In this document: one piece after another, positions 1 through 13,657 of the stretch
How the letters are laid out: each line of letters starts with the position of its first letter
Numbering within the stretch: position 1 is the stretch's first letter
Source: Hemiscyllium ocellatum
Taxonomy: Eukaryota
DNA: 64,000 bases
Assembly: GCF_020745735.1 (NCBI RefSeq)
Contig: NC_083435.1
Coordinates: 21,017,231-21,081,230, forward strand
Direction of reading: 5' to 3'
Notes under the pieces: model-generated
What the model saw: the letters and a program-made list of their open reading frames with translations, nothing else
Told to the model about the DNA's origin: nothing
Databases searched by the model: none
Program-made: the position numbers and the translations under genes

Positions 1-242
1 TGACATAGTTAATTAGATGTTGTTATAATGTGATGGGGCTAATGTCTCCGCTTCAAGGCAATAACAAGTGCAGAACATATGGTATTGATTTCGCCTATGA
101 TTTTATGGGAACAGCAAATTAACAAAAATAATTGATTGCGAAGTAAATGCTATGTCCTGTAGTGATGAAAGGTGACACATAATTAAAGACTTTTCTTTTT
201 ATTTTAAATACCAATGTTTTAACTTTGAACAGCATGCTGGAA

Positions 243-512
243 GGCACGGTGGCACAGTCGCGAACACTGCTGCATCATTCGGGTTCCACTCCCACCTCAT
301 ACAACTGTCGGTATGGAGTTTGCACAATCCACCCGCGTCTGCGTGGGTTTCCTCCCACAGTCCAAAACTGTGCAGGTTTGTTGAATTGGCCATGCTAAGT
401 TGCCCGTAGTCTTCAGTGTAGGGGAATGGATTTGGGTGGGTTGCTCTTCGGAGGGTCAGTGTGGACTTGTTGGGCTGAAGAGCCTGTTTCCACACTGTCA
501 GTAATCTGACTA
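243..512 (+). mobile_element. tRNA-derived V-SINE (elasmobranch HE1-like), decayed
   Basis: ggcacggtggcacagt..cactgctgc head; V-domain-like tggagtttgcac...cgtctgcgtgggtttcctcc; CR1-like 3' end gggctgaagagcctgtttccacactg. Confidence 0.85.
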
Positions 513-1627
513 TGATTGTTTTTGCATTTCCATATTGAAAAATCTGCGAACTAGACAATTCTTTTTGGAAAATATGTATGTGATACACTATTTAGCAAGT
601 TACTTCAGACTTTGTCATTTCTTATACAAGAGGTTGGCGACCTTAGTTGAGAAATCTGGCTGCCAGACGCTGGCGAAGGAAGAGTCTAAACTTCTGAAAA
701 TGCCTAACACATTTGATATTCTTGAGTATTGTTTGATCAATGATCATCCCATTCAATTATAATATAAGCAAAATTTGCAGAGCAAATTCCCCTTCGAAGC
801 AGAAATTCTTAAATGTGAGCATTTGCAAGTGATCAGAAGAATAAAAGATGCATACTAATCAAATGAAGAGAAACTGCAGAATTTCAAAAAGCAGTGAGAC
901 CTGAGTGCAGTTTTGCGTGATTAATAAGAGGTTTCCATACTATTGCAAGAATTAGGTAGGAAGGCAACTTCATTTTTGGTACGTATTGCAAGACAGGTGC
1001 AGTATACAAGTGGAAAAGTGTTTCTACAGCAATGAAGGTTATGATCCAACATTATTCAGTGCTTTGCGTTATTTTAAGAGCCCCTTAATACGTTTACTTC
1101 CCAAAATTTCAGGATGGTTCACTGGATTGATAGCTGCTGATGAAGCGACTTTCTTTTAAGAGAAATGTATGAGCAGCTTGAAAATTATGCATTGGACGTC
1201 ATGCGAAAGAATTTATGCAAATGTAGCAGATTCTGATGAGCTCAGTAGGAAGAATGGTGAGACACAGTTTGACCCCTTGAAAAAGAAACGTTTAGGAATT
1301 AAGGCATTCCAAATTAAAATGATCATAATAAGGAAGGTATTCTTTCAAGCAGTTAACGCACTTTGCATTTATTTTTGACAGACCACAGAGCAGCCATGGA
1401 CTTTGAGGATGTGAATGACTGAGCAAGAGATAAATACACACTGCAGTCAAACATTTTTCAGGCTGTTGCTGGTGTGGAGGTGATAAAGTGGAAAGAGGAA
1501 TATACATAAAATCATCCTGAATTTAACGAGTAATCATGCTGAATGCAATCCTTCTCCTATTTTCCATTATATGCACTTGGCCCCAATGTTTTTGTCAGCA
1601 TTATAGCTTTTTAATATATCTTTACAG

Positions 1628-1654
1628 ATGAAGAAGTGAATGATCTCCAAAAAG
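1628..1654 (+). CDS. Microexon A (27 nt, phase 1-1) of an unnamed coiled-coil gene; (D)EEVNDLQK
   Basis: tatatctttacag|ATGAAGAAGTGAATGATCTCCAAAAAG|gtgaat; conserved in unit 2; frame-compatible with neighbouring exons. Confidence 0.75.
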
Positions 1655-2200
1655 GTGAATAAATTGCTCTTTTTTATGTTCTTCAAAAAATAATTTTCTG
1701 TGGTGAATTGACCACCATTTCTTAGTTTTGTCTGTTGGAGGTTATGTTGCAGATGTACAGGACAGTAGTTAGGCTACTTTTGGAAAACTCCGTGCATTAA
1801 AAAATCAGCAACAGTGTGGAAACAGCGATATTTTTCCATGTTAGAATGGTGAGTGTCTTGGAGCAGAACTTTCAGGTGGTGGTGTTCCAGTGTATCTGGT
1901 CTATTTGTCCTGTGAATGGAAGTTATCGGAAATTAGGTACTTGGGTGAATTTCTGCGTCTACCTGATATATAGTTTACACTGCCATACCTGAACGTTGAT
2001 GATAAAAGGATTACATGCAGGAAAATGTTGTGCCAAGCAACTAGGATGCTTTATATTTGTTGCTGTCAAGCTTCTTGAGATATTTTGGAACTCTACCCGT
2101 CCAGAAAAATCGGAAGCATTCCAATGCACTGACAACCTGTGCCTTCGAGTTGATGCTGGCGTTTTGGGAAGATTGTGTTGCATGAATATCGAACAGACAA

Positions 2201-3672
2201 CATAGAACAATACAGCGCCGAACAGGACATTCGGCCTTCGATGTTGCGCCAACCTGTGAACTCATCTAACTTCATCCACCAATACTATCCCATCATCATT
2301 CATGTGCTTATCAAAGGATTGTTTAAATCTCATTAATGTGGCTGAGTTAACTGAATTGCCAGGCAGGGCATTTCACGGCCTTGCCCTCTCTGAGTAAAGA
2401 ACCTGCCTCTGACAGCTGTCTTAAATTTCTCACGCTTCAATTTGTAGTCATGCCCCCTTGTACAAGCTGACGTCATCATGCTTGGAAAAAGACTTTCACT
2501 GCCCATCCTATCTCATCCTCTGATCATCTTGTATGCCTCTGTCAAATCCCCTTTTAGACTTCTTCTTTCCAATGATAACCCCGACCCAAGTCTCTCAGAA
2601 TTTCTTCAGACAACGCAACTCCCTGGCAAATCTCCTCTGCACCGTTTCCAGTGCTTACCCATTCTTCCTGTAATGGGGCGATCAGAAATGTACACGATAT
2701 TACAAGTGCAGCCACACTAGTCTTTTTGTACAGTCGTAGCATGACATTATGGCTCCAGAACTCAATCCCGCTACCAACAAAACCAAACACACTGTATCTC
2801 TTCTTAGCAGCACTATCAACCTGGGTGGCAATTTGCAATGATCTATGCCTCTGCATACCCACACTACTAAGACCCTTTCCATTGACCCAGTATTCTGCCT
2901 TCCTGTTATTGTTCCCAAAGTGAACCACCTCACATATACGCATTGAATTCCATTTGCCACCACTCAGACCAATTCTGCAAATTATCCAAGTCCGCCTAAA
3001 ATCTACAACATTCTTCCACACTGTCCACTAGTCCACCGACTTTAGTGTCATCTGCAAACTTAAAAACCCATCCACCAAAGCCTGCATTTAAGTCATGTGT
3101 AAAAATGACAAACAGCAGTGGTCTCAAAACAGATCACTGTGGCACACCACTAGAAACTGGACTCCAGGCTTAATATTTTACATCAACCACCACTCACTGC
3201 CTTCTTAGAGAAAGCCAGTTTCTAATCCAAACTCCTAAATCACCCTTAATCCAATATGTCTGCATTTTCTCCAACAGCATACCATGTGGAAGCTTATCAA
3301 AGGCTTACGAAAGTCCATGCACGCATATGTTAACTGCCTTACCCTCATCCATATGCTTGCTCACCTTCTCAAAAATCTCAGTGAGGTTTATGAGACATGA
3401 CCTGTCCTTGACGAATCCATGTGGAATATCTGCAATCAAATTGTTGCTTGCAAGATGGTTATAAATCCTATCTCTCTTAATCCTCTCCAATACCTTTCCT
3501 ACAACAGATGTAAGGACGACAGGTCTACAATTACCTGGGTAATTTCTACTGCCTTTCTTGGACAAGGGCAGAATATTTACAATCTCCACTCCTCTGGTAC
3601 TAAACTTGTAGACAATGACGACTCAAAGATCAAAGCCAAAGTGTCCATAACCTCTTCCCTAGCTTCGCAGTG
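2201..3672 (-). mobile_element. 5'-truncated CR1 LINE (RT region to 3' UTR), degenerate
   Basis: Minus-strand ORFs give CR1 ORF2 motifs (PGNCRPVVLTSVVGKVLE, HGFVKDRSCLINL, CEVVHFG, SLQIATQVDSAAKK); 3' tail at ~2201. Confidence 0.93.
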
Positions 3673-6039
3673 AATTTTCGAATACTGCGTAATGGGTTAG
3701 GTATTAAATTCATAGATATTTTGTTCGCAGTCTAGTAGGACACAAAATCAAAAGGTGTGATTGCATTGTATCCCAATTGGAATGCAATATTCTCATTAGA
3801 GTTTCAAGTCACAAATTTTAAAACTGGAGTCTTCGATACTTACACCAATAATGTACTTAGCGTGATATCATATTAGACTCTTATTGATTTGTTTCATTTT
3901 TACTCATTCGATTGCTTTTAATGAAGCCAAGTACGTGAAGACATTAAGCAAACATTGCACACAATGCATTATGTTGGCGTTTCCTCCCGAGTCGACATTC
4001 CTTGACATATCTAGATGCGATAAAAAGATGACTATTAACTCTTCACTATCTTTTGCAAGCAACAAATCTTTAACTTATTTATTGCTCAACGTGGCTCATA
4101 AAGGCAGGACACTTTTAACGTTGGAATTTGGCTCGCAAAACCAGTCATTAAAAGACGTTTTGAAAATCTTTAGACAATATGGAAATTAGATGCTACAATG
4201 CTGTTCAGGATGGTGATCCATCATTTGAATCGTGACATGGAAATTATCAGTAAAAGATTTCAAAGTCAGTCATGTGTTATTAAGTGTAAAATATAAAACA
4301 AGTAGCATTTCCCGCGTGTGTATACTGCTCCTTCCTTCTCAATGATGTGGATCAAAGGTTTTTTAATTTAAAGAGCAATTTTGTTGTACTGTCGATCAAA
4401 TGAGGGAAATATAACTTAAAACAAGAAAATTGTCTGCTGGGCACAAATCTGCACAGAGACAGTCTATTTATTGGCGTTAATATAAAGGTAATCTCGTGTT
4501 GGAATTTCACAAACTATTTAGTGATTATTTCATGGGCTCGTCTCTCCGGTCTTGTATGTGAACAATATCGTCGAAACATCTATCCTATAACTAAGACCAA
4601 CTGTCTTTCTGTCATTTTCTGTGTATGTGGTTAAATGATATATTTTCTATATTGCTTACTCTGTGTAATGTACTTCTGCAACTTCCATGTTACAAATGAA
4701 ATGGAAAGACTTTCAAAGAATGTAAAAGTTTGAATTCTCAATCAGTGAAGAAACGACGCGTGGAACTGCAAATTCTTGGCATCAGCAATAGAATAGACAG
4801 AAACAAAATAAAATATCTCATTGAAGTTTAATGTTCAAACTTCTGCTGTCGAAATCTTCTCACTTTATTTATTCGTTTTTCTTTAGGCCACTCATAATAT
4901 TTGTGCATTTTCCGTCTTTGTATATTTGAAAATGTGAGATTATCAATCGGGGAAAAAATAATTGACGCTACATTTGGAAAGGTGCATGAATGGGAAAGGT
5001 TCAAAGTGATAAGGATCAAATGCAGGCATATGGGGCTAGCTTAGTTTAGGGGATTTATTCAGTGTTATCAGTTTGGAACAAAGTGTCTACTTTGTGCTGT
5101 ATGACTCTATGACTCTTATTTCAAATCTGTGCTGCCCTGTTCCATTTACAGGAAAATTCCTATTTCGTGAACTCAGATTATGGCAGAACGTAGACATCTT
5201 TAATTTCTTATCTGTAACTGTTTGAGTTGGTAGATAAAAATGCACTTACTGACTTAGAAACTTCATTAGTCAGACAACAAATGGAATGTTAAAATAATTA
5301 ATTAAGGAGAGACGTAGTTGCAATGGAAGCATTTCAGACGAATTTAACTAAAATTATTCTAGAGATTAGTGTTTGTCTACTAAGACAGATTGAGCAAGTT
5401 GGACCCACACTACTTGAATGTCTAAGAATGAGGTATGATCCAAAGGTAGCATGTAAGATACTATACAGGATTGGCAAACCCGAAATTGAGAGATTGTTTA
5501 CTATTACGGGACTATCTAAAATGTCAGCTCATTTTTTAAGGTAAGAGACAACAGATTCAAAATAAAGGAAATGAATTCGTTTTATCAAATCTGTTGCAAT
5601 TCATTGTCCCAGAATAAAATAGCGGTGGGGCACTCCGCATGTGGAGGTAGGTAAATATTAATCAATAACAGTTTGAAGATTTGTGGAAAGAGGGAAGGAA
5701 ACTGGTGTCAGACTGAGGCGAAATGAAACGTGTTTATATTTTAAATGGTGAAGCATGTCTGACGGGCTGACTTACCTACTCCTGATCCCAGTTCTTTCGT
5801 TCTCATCTTATGATGTCAGAGAGAATTGTTCAATTTCGTCGTTTAAACAATTTTCTCACATATGCGATGATTCATAGAATATTTCAAACTCATTTGAAGA
5901 GTACTATACACAGTGAGTCTTAAACAAGAAGTATCTTTTTTGCAGGGCCTCCCATGAGGGTGCAGGAAATTATCTATTTGTAAGGGATTGGGTGGTAACG
6001 AAATATACAGGGAGAATTCAAGCGTGAGTGTCCCAGAAA

Positions 6040-6360
6040 AAATAACATGGAACTGTACAAAGCAGAAACAGGGCCCCCTCAAGCCCTCCAAAGCTCCGTT
6101 GACACATTTTGCTCTTCCAGGCCAACAAAATGTCTTCAATAAACTTTCAATATCCCTCTGTTCCCTTCATGTTCATTATTTCACCAGGTCTTTCATGAAT
6201 GCTGCTATTGTGTATGCTTCTATAACCTCCTCTGGTAGCCCGTTCCAGGCATTCATTACCATTTATTTGAAAAACCTGTGTCGCACATCTCTTTTTAACT
6301 TCCTCTCATTCCTTTATTGCATCTTGAACCTGAAATTGACTCATCCACACTGGAAGATTC
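6040..6360 (-). mobile_element. CR1 3' fragment (left part lost in unit 2)
   Basis: Unit-2 ORF 38601-38873 reads FFKQIVMNAWNRLPEEVKEA, the CR1 ORF2 C-terminal motif. Confidence 0.7.
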
Positions 6361-6756
6361 AGTTTGATGTTATGCAGTGTCTAATTATAATCCAGGTAAT
6401 TTTGTGGCTCAAGCACCAAAGTGGCAGTTTATGGAGGATATGCTGCAAACATTTCTGTACGAATGTTCTCTTTTTATTAGAATATTTTCTTTTAAATTAA
6501 TTATACTTAGTTAACGTAAGGATATAGAATAAATATCTGATAATATTGAGTGTGTGCTGTGTGTTCATCTCTTGAACTTACACTCGCCTTTTGAATGTCT
6601 ATCGCTAACATTGTCATAAAAAGGAATCTAAAATAACATTCAAACACGTCAGGTGTATGAAATTCATGATCATCCTTCTGAAATCAGCAAAACAATTTTC
6701 CTTTAATTTTGCAAAGCATTTTCATACTTTTCTTACTTCAATCTACATTTGAACAG

Positions 6757-6783
6757 AAAAAAGTCTTCAGGAAAAGAATGATG
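6757..6783 (+). CDS. Microexon B (27 nt, phase 1-1); (E)KSLQEKND
   Basis: Long pyrimidine tract, then tttgaacag|AAAAAAGTCTTCAGGAAAAGAATGATG|gtaatt; resembles exons E and G. Confidence 0.75.
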
Positions 6784-7345
6784 GTAATTTTTTTAAGCAT
6801 TTTGTCACTTTGCACATTTCAGGACAGTCGAATAATGCAACTGCAAGGGGAGCACAATATTTGATAATGCACGAGAGGAGCGAGTTTCTTGGTGAACAGC
6901 TAAGCACTGACTGATAGAGACGTTGAAATAGCGAGTGCAGAAGTCAGATGAGTATTGAAGTGTAAGTGCTCAATTTTGTTAAATTTTAAAACGGGCAGTT
7001 TGACTTTGATATATCATGCCCCTGAACACTCTTAATGAAGCAGCAGCATGTCCAATGTGTATTCCTGTTTTTCACTTTTCAAAATCAAGGCACTTAGTCA
7101 TAATTTATTTAGCCTCTGGTGTATTTGAGTGTCATAAAGTGATTGCAACTCACATTCTTAACATTATTGTCACTGGCATTCATACGCTACTCAATCTTAA
7201 TCGTTAAATATTAACCAATTTAAAATAATGATTTGTCTTGAATTTCGATTAACACTGTTGAAATTGTAAATAATTAAGTGCGTTTAATATTCGTTGTAAT
7301 GGAAGAATTCCACATAATGTGAGTATTTTACAGTCAACATCAGAA

Positions 7346-7640
7346 TAGAGAGCATAGGTTTAGGTTGAGAGGGTAACATTTTGAAATGGACCTGAGGGAC
7401 AAATTTTGCAAGGAAAATGTGGTATGTGTTGTGTGTATGGCATGAGCAGCCAGACGAAGTGTTGGAGGCTGATGCAATTACAACATTTAAAAGACATCTG
7501 GATAGATATATGAATAGGACAGGTTTAGAGGGATGTAGTCAAAGTGCTGGAAAATTTACTAGATTAGATAAGGATATTTGGTTCACATGGACTATTTGGA
7601 CTAAGGAGTCTGTTTCAGTGCTTCCAATCTATATGACTGC
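7346..7640 (+). mobile_element. CR1 3' fragment, unit 1 only
   Basis: VWHEQPDEVLEADAITTFKRHLDRYM, the CR1 ORF2 C-terminus. Confidence 0.8.
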
Positions 7641-7684
7641 GTGGTTCTAAGTCAAACATGGAAGCATGGAAAATGGAATTCTAC

Positions 7685-7958
7685 AGAGGTAAAAACAATG
7701 ACTGCAGATGCTGGAAAACAGATTCTGGATCAGTGGTGCTGGAAGAGCACAGCAGTTTAGGCAGCATCCAAAGTGCAGCAAAATCGATGTTTCAGGCAAA
7801 AGCCCTACATCAGGAATAAAGAGAGTGAGCCTGAAGGGTGGAGAGATAAGATAGAGGAGGCTGGGGGTGGGGAGAAAGTAGCATAGAATACAATGGGTGA
7901 GTGGGAGAGGGGATGGATGCTGCCTGAACTGCTGTGCTCTTCCTGCACCACTGAACCA
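7685..7958 (-). mobile_element. Penelope pseudo-LTR fragment with inverted terminal arm
   Basis: Reverse complement of the pLTR at ~47200-47450; 45-nt inverted arms (7725-7769 / 7915-7959); 16-nt direct repeats gaaaatggaat(t/g)ctac. Confidence 0.88.
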
Positions 7959-8469
7959 GAAAATGGAATGCTACTCCAACGTGACGTGGTAATTGAGCTA
8001 CACGTCCATGTCCAACGTGACAACGCTACACGTTCAGAACCAATATATTTGCAGGGTAATACTTTTCTTCATGTTCTGTGTGAGTGGGCTCGAGGGCAGG
8101 AGACTGGAAACCAGTGCAAAGAGAGAAGAATGAATGTGAAAGATAGAAATGTACAAAGAAAACGAGCAAGGTAAGTTGTAGTAGTGCTAGCACGTTTTAA
8201 AACATATGAAAATAAGCATCTGTAAAAATGATTTATCTCAACTGCATGCAAATATTAATGGTCTAATTAAATAAGATTGCTAAGTTCATAGCATACGTAG
8301 TTGTAAACAGATACGATAACTCTGTGACTATGGCTCCGAATGCCGTGTGATATAGCGTGATAACTAAGCACTCAAAGGTATTCAATATTTAGGAAAGTCT
8401 GACAAAGAGGAAAATGAGAAAAATGCTTTTGCTAGTGAAAATACAAATCATTGTATACACAAACAGAGG

Positions 8470-8610
8470 TCAGAACTGAGGAAGAGTTATCGGACCAGAA
8501 AAGTAACATTGATTTCTCTATACAGATGCTGCCAGATCTACTGTGCTTCTCCAGCAATGTCTTTTTAATATTTCGGATTTACAGCATCTACATTTGTTTC
8601 GGTTCTTAAA
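8470..8610 (+). mobile_element. Decayed pLTR/SINE-like repeat with eroded hammerhead core (also at ~40865-41000)
   Basis: ctgaggaagagttatcggaccagaaaag...cagatgctgccagatctactgtgcttctccagca resembles the pLTR tail seen elsewhere in the window. Confidence 0.5.
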
Positions 8611-10802
8611 AATTATGTGTAGGAGGTTAATGCATAAAAACTAGTTGTCAAGATATTCTGGGTAGGACTAAGAAGTAACAACGGGTAGAAAACATTAGAA
8701 TTTGTCTACACGCCTTCAAACTGTACTGTTACAGAAGGGTGTTAAGCTGAATGGGAAATTAGACATCCATGGAGGAAGAGTGTTTCAGGATTTGTAAGTT
8801 TTAATGTATGTATTAACTGACAAAACCATGTTTGCAGTCATATTCATTCGGGAGAATTATTGCATCTGTAAAATATGCTTTGTTTTTCAAGTAGAAACCA
8901 ACTGGAGAAGAAGCTATCTTAACGTTGGTTCTTATCCATAAAGTGTTTACTTTATAATGTTTTAAATGGTCCTGCATCGAAACAAAAATTCAACTTAATA
9001 CTAAAGAATTGTTAATTGTGATTAAATGGGAATTGAACAGAACAAAAACCAATGTCCTAAGTTTAATCAATGGAAACAAGACATTTATGAGGTGTGAGTT
9101 GTCTGTCAGAGATTTTGTCATTTCTGTACAGGGATGAGGGTAAATAAGCAATGGTTAATATATATTTCAGGTAGTGGGAAGCATCATTACGAGAGGGAGG
9201 ACCTCTTTGATGAAACTTTCCACTTGTTTTGCAGCAGGCACAGCTGGAGGCTGTGGGCTGATATGCTATCACGTAAACTGGAAGGACAGATTTCATTTTC
9301 TAATGACTGATTTATTTTTCCCCAAAAGTGAAGGCAATCTATTTTAACTATTTAAATTGATGAATTCTCCTACACTTACGAAGCCAATATAATGTATCCT
9401 TAATACGTGGAATGAAATAATCAATAGAAGACCTGTCGGTCGTAACACATCCAATTTGCTTTTGGTTTGAAAAACATGTTTAAGAACCGACAAAATGCCA
9501 GTGTGCAAAGAAGAGCAGCGTCAAAATTTGCCACAATCACAACTGCTTTGCATGAGATATAATTGCCTTGGCTACTTCTTGGAAATAAACGCATGGAAGG
9601 TAAAGACTTTGCAAATAATCTCGTTTCTATATTGTTTGATAGCATCTGTTTTCAGTCAGTTTCAGGCAATGGAAATCGTTCAGATAAATTTAGTAAAGTA
9701 TCATGTTCCCACTGCTGATTTTTTTTAATCAAAATATTTCGACTTATTTATTCATGTTGCTAAACTTATTACAAATCTAATTAGCTGCACTGCAGTAATT
9801 CAAATAAAAGCAACAAATACATTTGCCAGTGGAGTGGTATTGCCATCTCTTGATCAGAAGTTCAAAAAATAGGATAACCCAGAAGGATTACACTGGTGGT
9901 TATCAATTACCAAAACGCGTTTGTTTTTTCTGATTTGACTCACACTTTTATTTCTTCCATGCAAGTGCTACCGCGCACACACGCCATGACCACCTTTGCC
10001 TCTCAATGCACGCCAATCCATTATAACTAGCATTGAAGTTTTAAAGGTATTATGCTGAATCGTGTGCAAGCAAGAATTTTCATACATTACTTCCCTGTCC
10101 TTAATGAGCTTATATTTGGGTAATTGCACAGCGTGAAGTCCAGTAGATAAAAGGAAAACAACTGGAAGAACGTAAGCAATAGATAACATTGGAAACACAG
10201 ATATTTTGAAACAATTTAATCGGCTAATCTGGCAGGCATCCTATGTGGGGGAGAAAAAGATTACTCAACTTGCAAAGATGTTTAGTCGACTTAATGAAAA
10301 TTCATATATGAAGAATAGCAAGAAGTGTTGATGCCACAGTAGAAAAAAGAATCGGCCAGAGAAAAATACGTTACAGTCATTTGTCTCCATTAAATAACGT
10401 TTGGTATTACATTTTTACAGCAGCCTGTAATGAATCAAATTAGGAGCTTTGTGCCCGAGTACGATGCCAGTCTGTTATGTTTTGTTTCCATGCAATGACA
10501 AATTGTCAGCTATCATGTTCCCGCACTGCAGTTACCACGTGGAAACAAAATTAAAAATTCAACCTGTAGAATTAATTTCTGATTGGATATAAAGCTGGTC
10601 ATAAATATTGACAAACTTTTACATGAAAATGGAACATTTGTTTTGAATATATGTCAAGTTGTGTTAACGGATAAATAGTTCATCATTTAAAACAAAAACA
10701 TTGCAAATTGAATTTTCATTCAACAATCTAATTTTTCATTATGAACGAATACAGAAATAATAGTTGTTATTTTCTGACCTCATACATTTATTTTTATTTC
10801 AG

Positions 10803-10826
10803 TGGAAACAATTATGCAATTGAGAG
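10803..10826 (+). CDS. Microexon C (24 nt, phase 1-1); (V)ETIMQLR
   Basis: Branch-point-like ttctgac, then ttttatttcag|TGGAAACAATTATGCAATTGAGAG|gtgagt (consensus donor); identical in unit 2. Confidence 0.85.
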
Positions 10827-11139
10827 GTGAGTACTTGCGAAATAGCTCATGCTGTGTGGACGTTAATCACGTTGAGTAATATCATCCACATACTGATTAG
10901 AAATGAAAATTAAAAATCAATCATTTATAAACAAACGTGTTAGCATTGTTATTTAGTATGGTCTAGCAATTATGTTCACTAGCACGTTGATGGTGGGGGT
11001 CGTAATGGCTGCTTTATGAATAATTTCATTCAGTCAAACATTTTTGATGACAACGTATCAAATGGTCCAAGTAATTTAAATCAATCGCTCACTGAAACAT
11101 TAATTGTAATTTTAATTTTTCAATGTTTTCGAAATTGTA

Positions 11140-11232
11140 AAAAAGTCACACAACACCAGGTTATAATCCAACAGGTTTAATTCGAAGCACTAGTTTTCGG
11201 AACGCTGCTCCTTCATCAGGTGGCTGTGGAGT
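11140..11232 (-). mobile_element. Short pLTR-like fragment of a second family with a hammerhead-like motif
   Basis: Minus strand: cac-CTGATGA-aggagc-agc-gttcc-GAAA-acta-gtg; partly deleted in unit 2 (~43560-43610). Confidence 0.6.
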
Positions 11233-12079
11233 ATGCTAGTGTTAAAATGTTAATGCTAATATTGAAAATGTTAATATTCAAAACCATATGGCATTGCTGA
11301 TTGAAGTATGTTCTATCTCGCAAACTAATACGTTGATGTGACACGAATGCCTGTGAGCTGTACATCCCGATATTCACTGGGTTATAATTAAAATGGAAGG
11401 TGACAAAAACAAATCAAGTCGATCAATTCTTCGACACAATACTAATTCAGATGATTCCAAATCGTTGATTGGAAAAAATAGAATGCATTACGAATCTAAG
11501 AAGCAGGCATGAATGATTTTTGTCAAGGCGCTTGACAGAGTAATATACGGATGCAAGTTACATTTATTTTTTACAATTCTGTAATAGTACTGAGGTAGAG
11601 AAGAAAACGAAAGCTGTTTATTGCGGGATCTCTGCAATTTCACTTACTGTAGAGCTGTATTTTCAGAATCGTAATGTTTATATAGAAGATTCAATTACAG
11701 AAAAGAATGGTCCAAACAATTGGAGATGAGCAAAATCATTAAGCTGATGACAGTTGACTTTCAATCAACTTACAGAATAGTCATAAGGTCAATAGTCTCG
11801 GATTCTAAAAATCTTAATAGTTGTGGACATTGACACAATGTCAGATGACGAAGTTTGAAAGAGGTTTTAAAAGATCCGGACTTAAATTTTAGTCTTGCAG
11901 GAGACCCTTATGTATTCGAATTATCACGAAACAAAAAAAAACATATTTTCATGCAGAAACATCGACTTAGGTCCACCTCCAACAAGCGCCAATTTAAACT
12001 TCAACTGTTGACATTCACTGATACAGCAGGCATTACATCGCCCACCATCAGCATAGTAGTGGACGTCATTGCTCAACCA

Positions 12080-12545
12080 TGACCTACTAGTGCTATCGCT
12101 AGATTATTAATCCAGAAAGTCAGCTAATGTTCTCAGGACCACAAAAACAAATGGTGTAACTTAAATTCAAATTTTAAAAAATCTGGAAAAAAGTATCTTT
12201 AGATCATGATGCAGTCTTATTCAATTGTCAGAAAGCTCCACCTGGTTCACTGATGTCCTTCAGGGAAGAAAATCTTCCATTTAGCTTACACATGTCGCCA
12301 GACTCACCGCAACGTAATTGGCTTTCAATTGCCATCTGAAACGAGCTATCAAGTCATTCAGTTGTATCAATCCCTACAACGTCACAACGAAATGAAACTG
12401 TACGGAACACCTGGCATGGAGCGAGGCACGAGAAATGATGACAGATTACAGCAGTTCAAGAAGGCAGCTCAGACCAACTTCTCAAAAACGACGAGGGAGT
12501 GGCAATAAAGTGCTGAGCGGCCAGCGAGTCCCGCAAATGATTATG
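12080..12545 (+). mobile_element. Decayed SINE, probably DeuSINE/SacSINE1-like
   Basis: ctggttcactgatgtccttcagggaagaaaatct core and cagcagttcaagaaggcagctca..ggcaataaa tail; recognised by eye only; mostly deleted in unit 2. Confidence 0.5.
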
Positions 12546-12639
12546 TCTTTAAAATTTGGCCTCAAGCAGAACTGCATTCGCTATATAGATAAGGATGTTA
12601 GGTCAGACGCTAGGGATTCATTGTTGAGTAAGTCGCCTG

Positions 12640-12890
12640 CTTTTCACCAGACCAATCAGTGCTGTCTCACGTCACCAGGAACCTGGGTTCAATTCCAACT
12701 TTAGGCGACTCTCTATGTCGATTGTCCACATTCTCTTCATATCTGCATGGTTTCATCTGGGTACACCGATTATCTCCCACAGTGCAAAGATGTACTCATT
12801 GGCTAGATTTACTTTTGGAAATGTGTAATTACAGAGATGGGGTAGTCTGGATGGGAAGCATATCGGAGGGTCATTCTGAACTGCAGGGCT
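12640..12890 (+). mobile_element. Old V-SINE remnant
   Basis: gtgctgtctcacgtcaccaggaacctgggttcaattcc (B-box-like) and ctcccacagtgcaaagatgt. Confidence 0.6.
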
Positions 12891-13657
12891 TCAACGATTC
12901 TGTTCTGTCATTACCTGGATCAGTCCACGCCCATCTATACTCAGCATCTGGCAGGAAGTAAGCACTTTGATTGGCAACCTAGTGCCAACTTCCAATATTA
13001 ACTTTCACAACCATGAATGACAACGGAAGCCATATGTTCCCTCAAAAATAATGAATGGCAGTAACTCCCCAAATTTATTTCTACATGACCTTTCGAACTA
13101 CCAAGCTCTTTCTACAAGAACTATAGGGCAGCTCATTCGTAGACACTCCACCACATGCGTTTATCCCGTCAAACCACAATTCATCCTGTTGAGAAATGAT
13201 AAAACCCTCGTTTTACAGTCTCCGACTGAGCATCTAATAACACCTTTTCAGGCATCACTGTGGCTGTCCTTACCCATGAAAGAAAGCAAATTTTGAAACG
13301 CAGTAACAGTTTCTTCAGGGCACGTGGGGAGAGCATAAATACTGTTCTCGATTCCTACACAGCACAAATGATTTTTTTAAAAAGTACTCAATCTCTATTC
13401 GTATTTGTAATCATATTTCACTTTGACAAGCAGGATAATGCTGACAGTTATAATTTCCTCCTCCAATTTCGCAGTAGACATTCCATGCATGATTTTAAAA
13501 AATCAGAATGCCAAGTGTCAATGTGAAATGTTTTAATTGACTTTTAGCTTGAAATGTTTTGTTGAAGCCGTGGAATTGACAGTTTTAAATCGTCATTTTG
13601 TTTAGTCAAAATTCAAGTAGAGAGAATGAACATAATACTTTATGCCTTTCTCCTCAG

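Noticed and set aside
8147-8170. 24-nt segment ending CAAG|gtaagt (EMYKENEQ)
   Set aside because: No pyrimidine tract (upstream is purine-rich), it sits in decayed CR1-like sequence, and the donor is weaker in unit 2.
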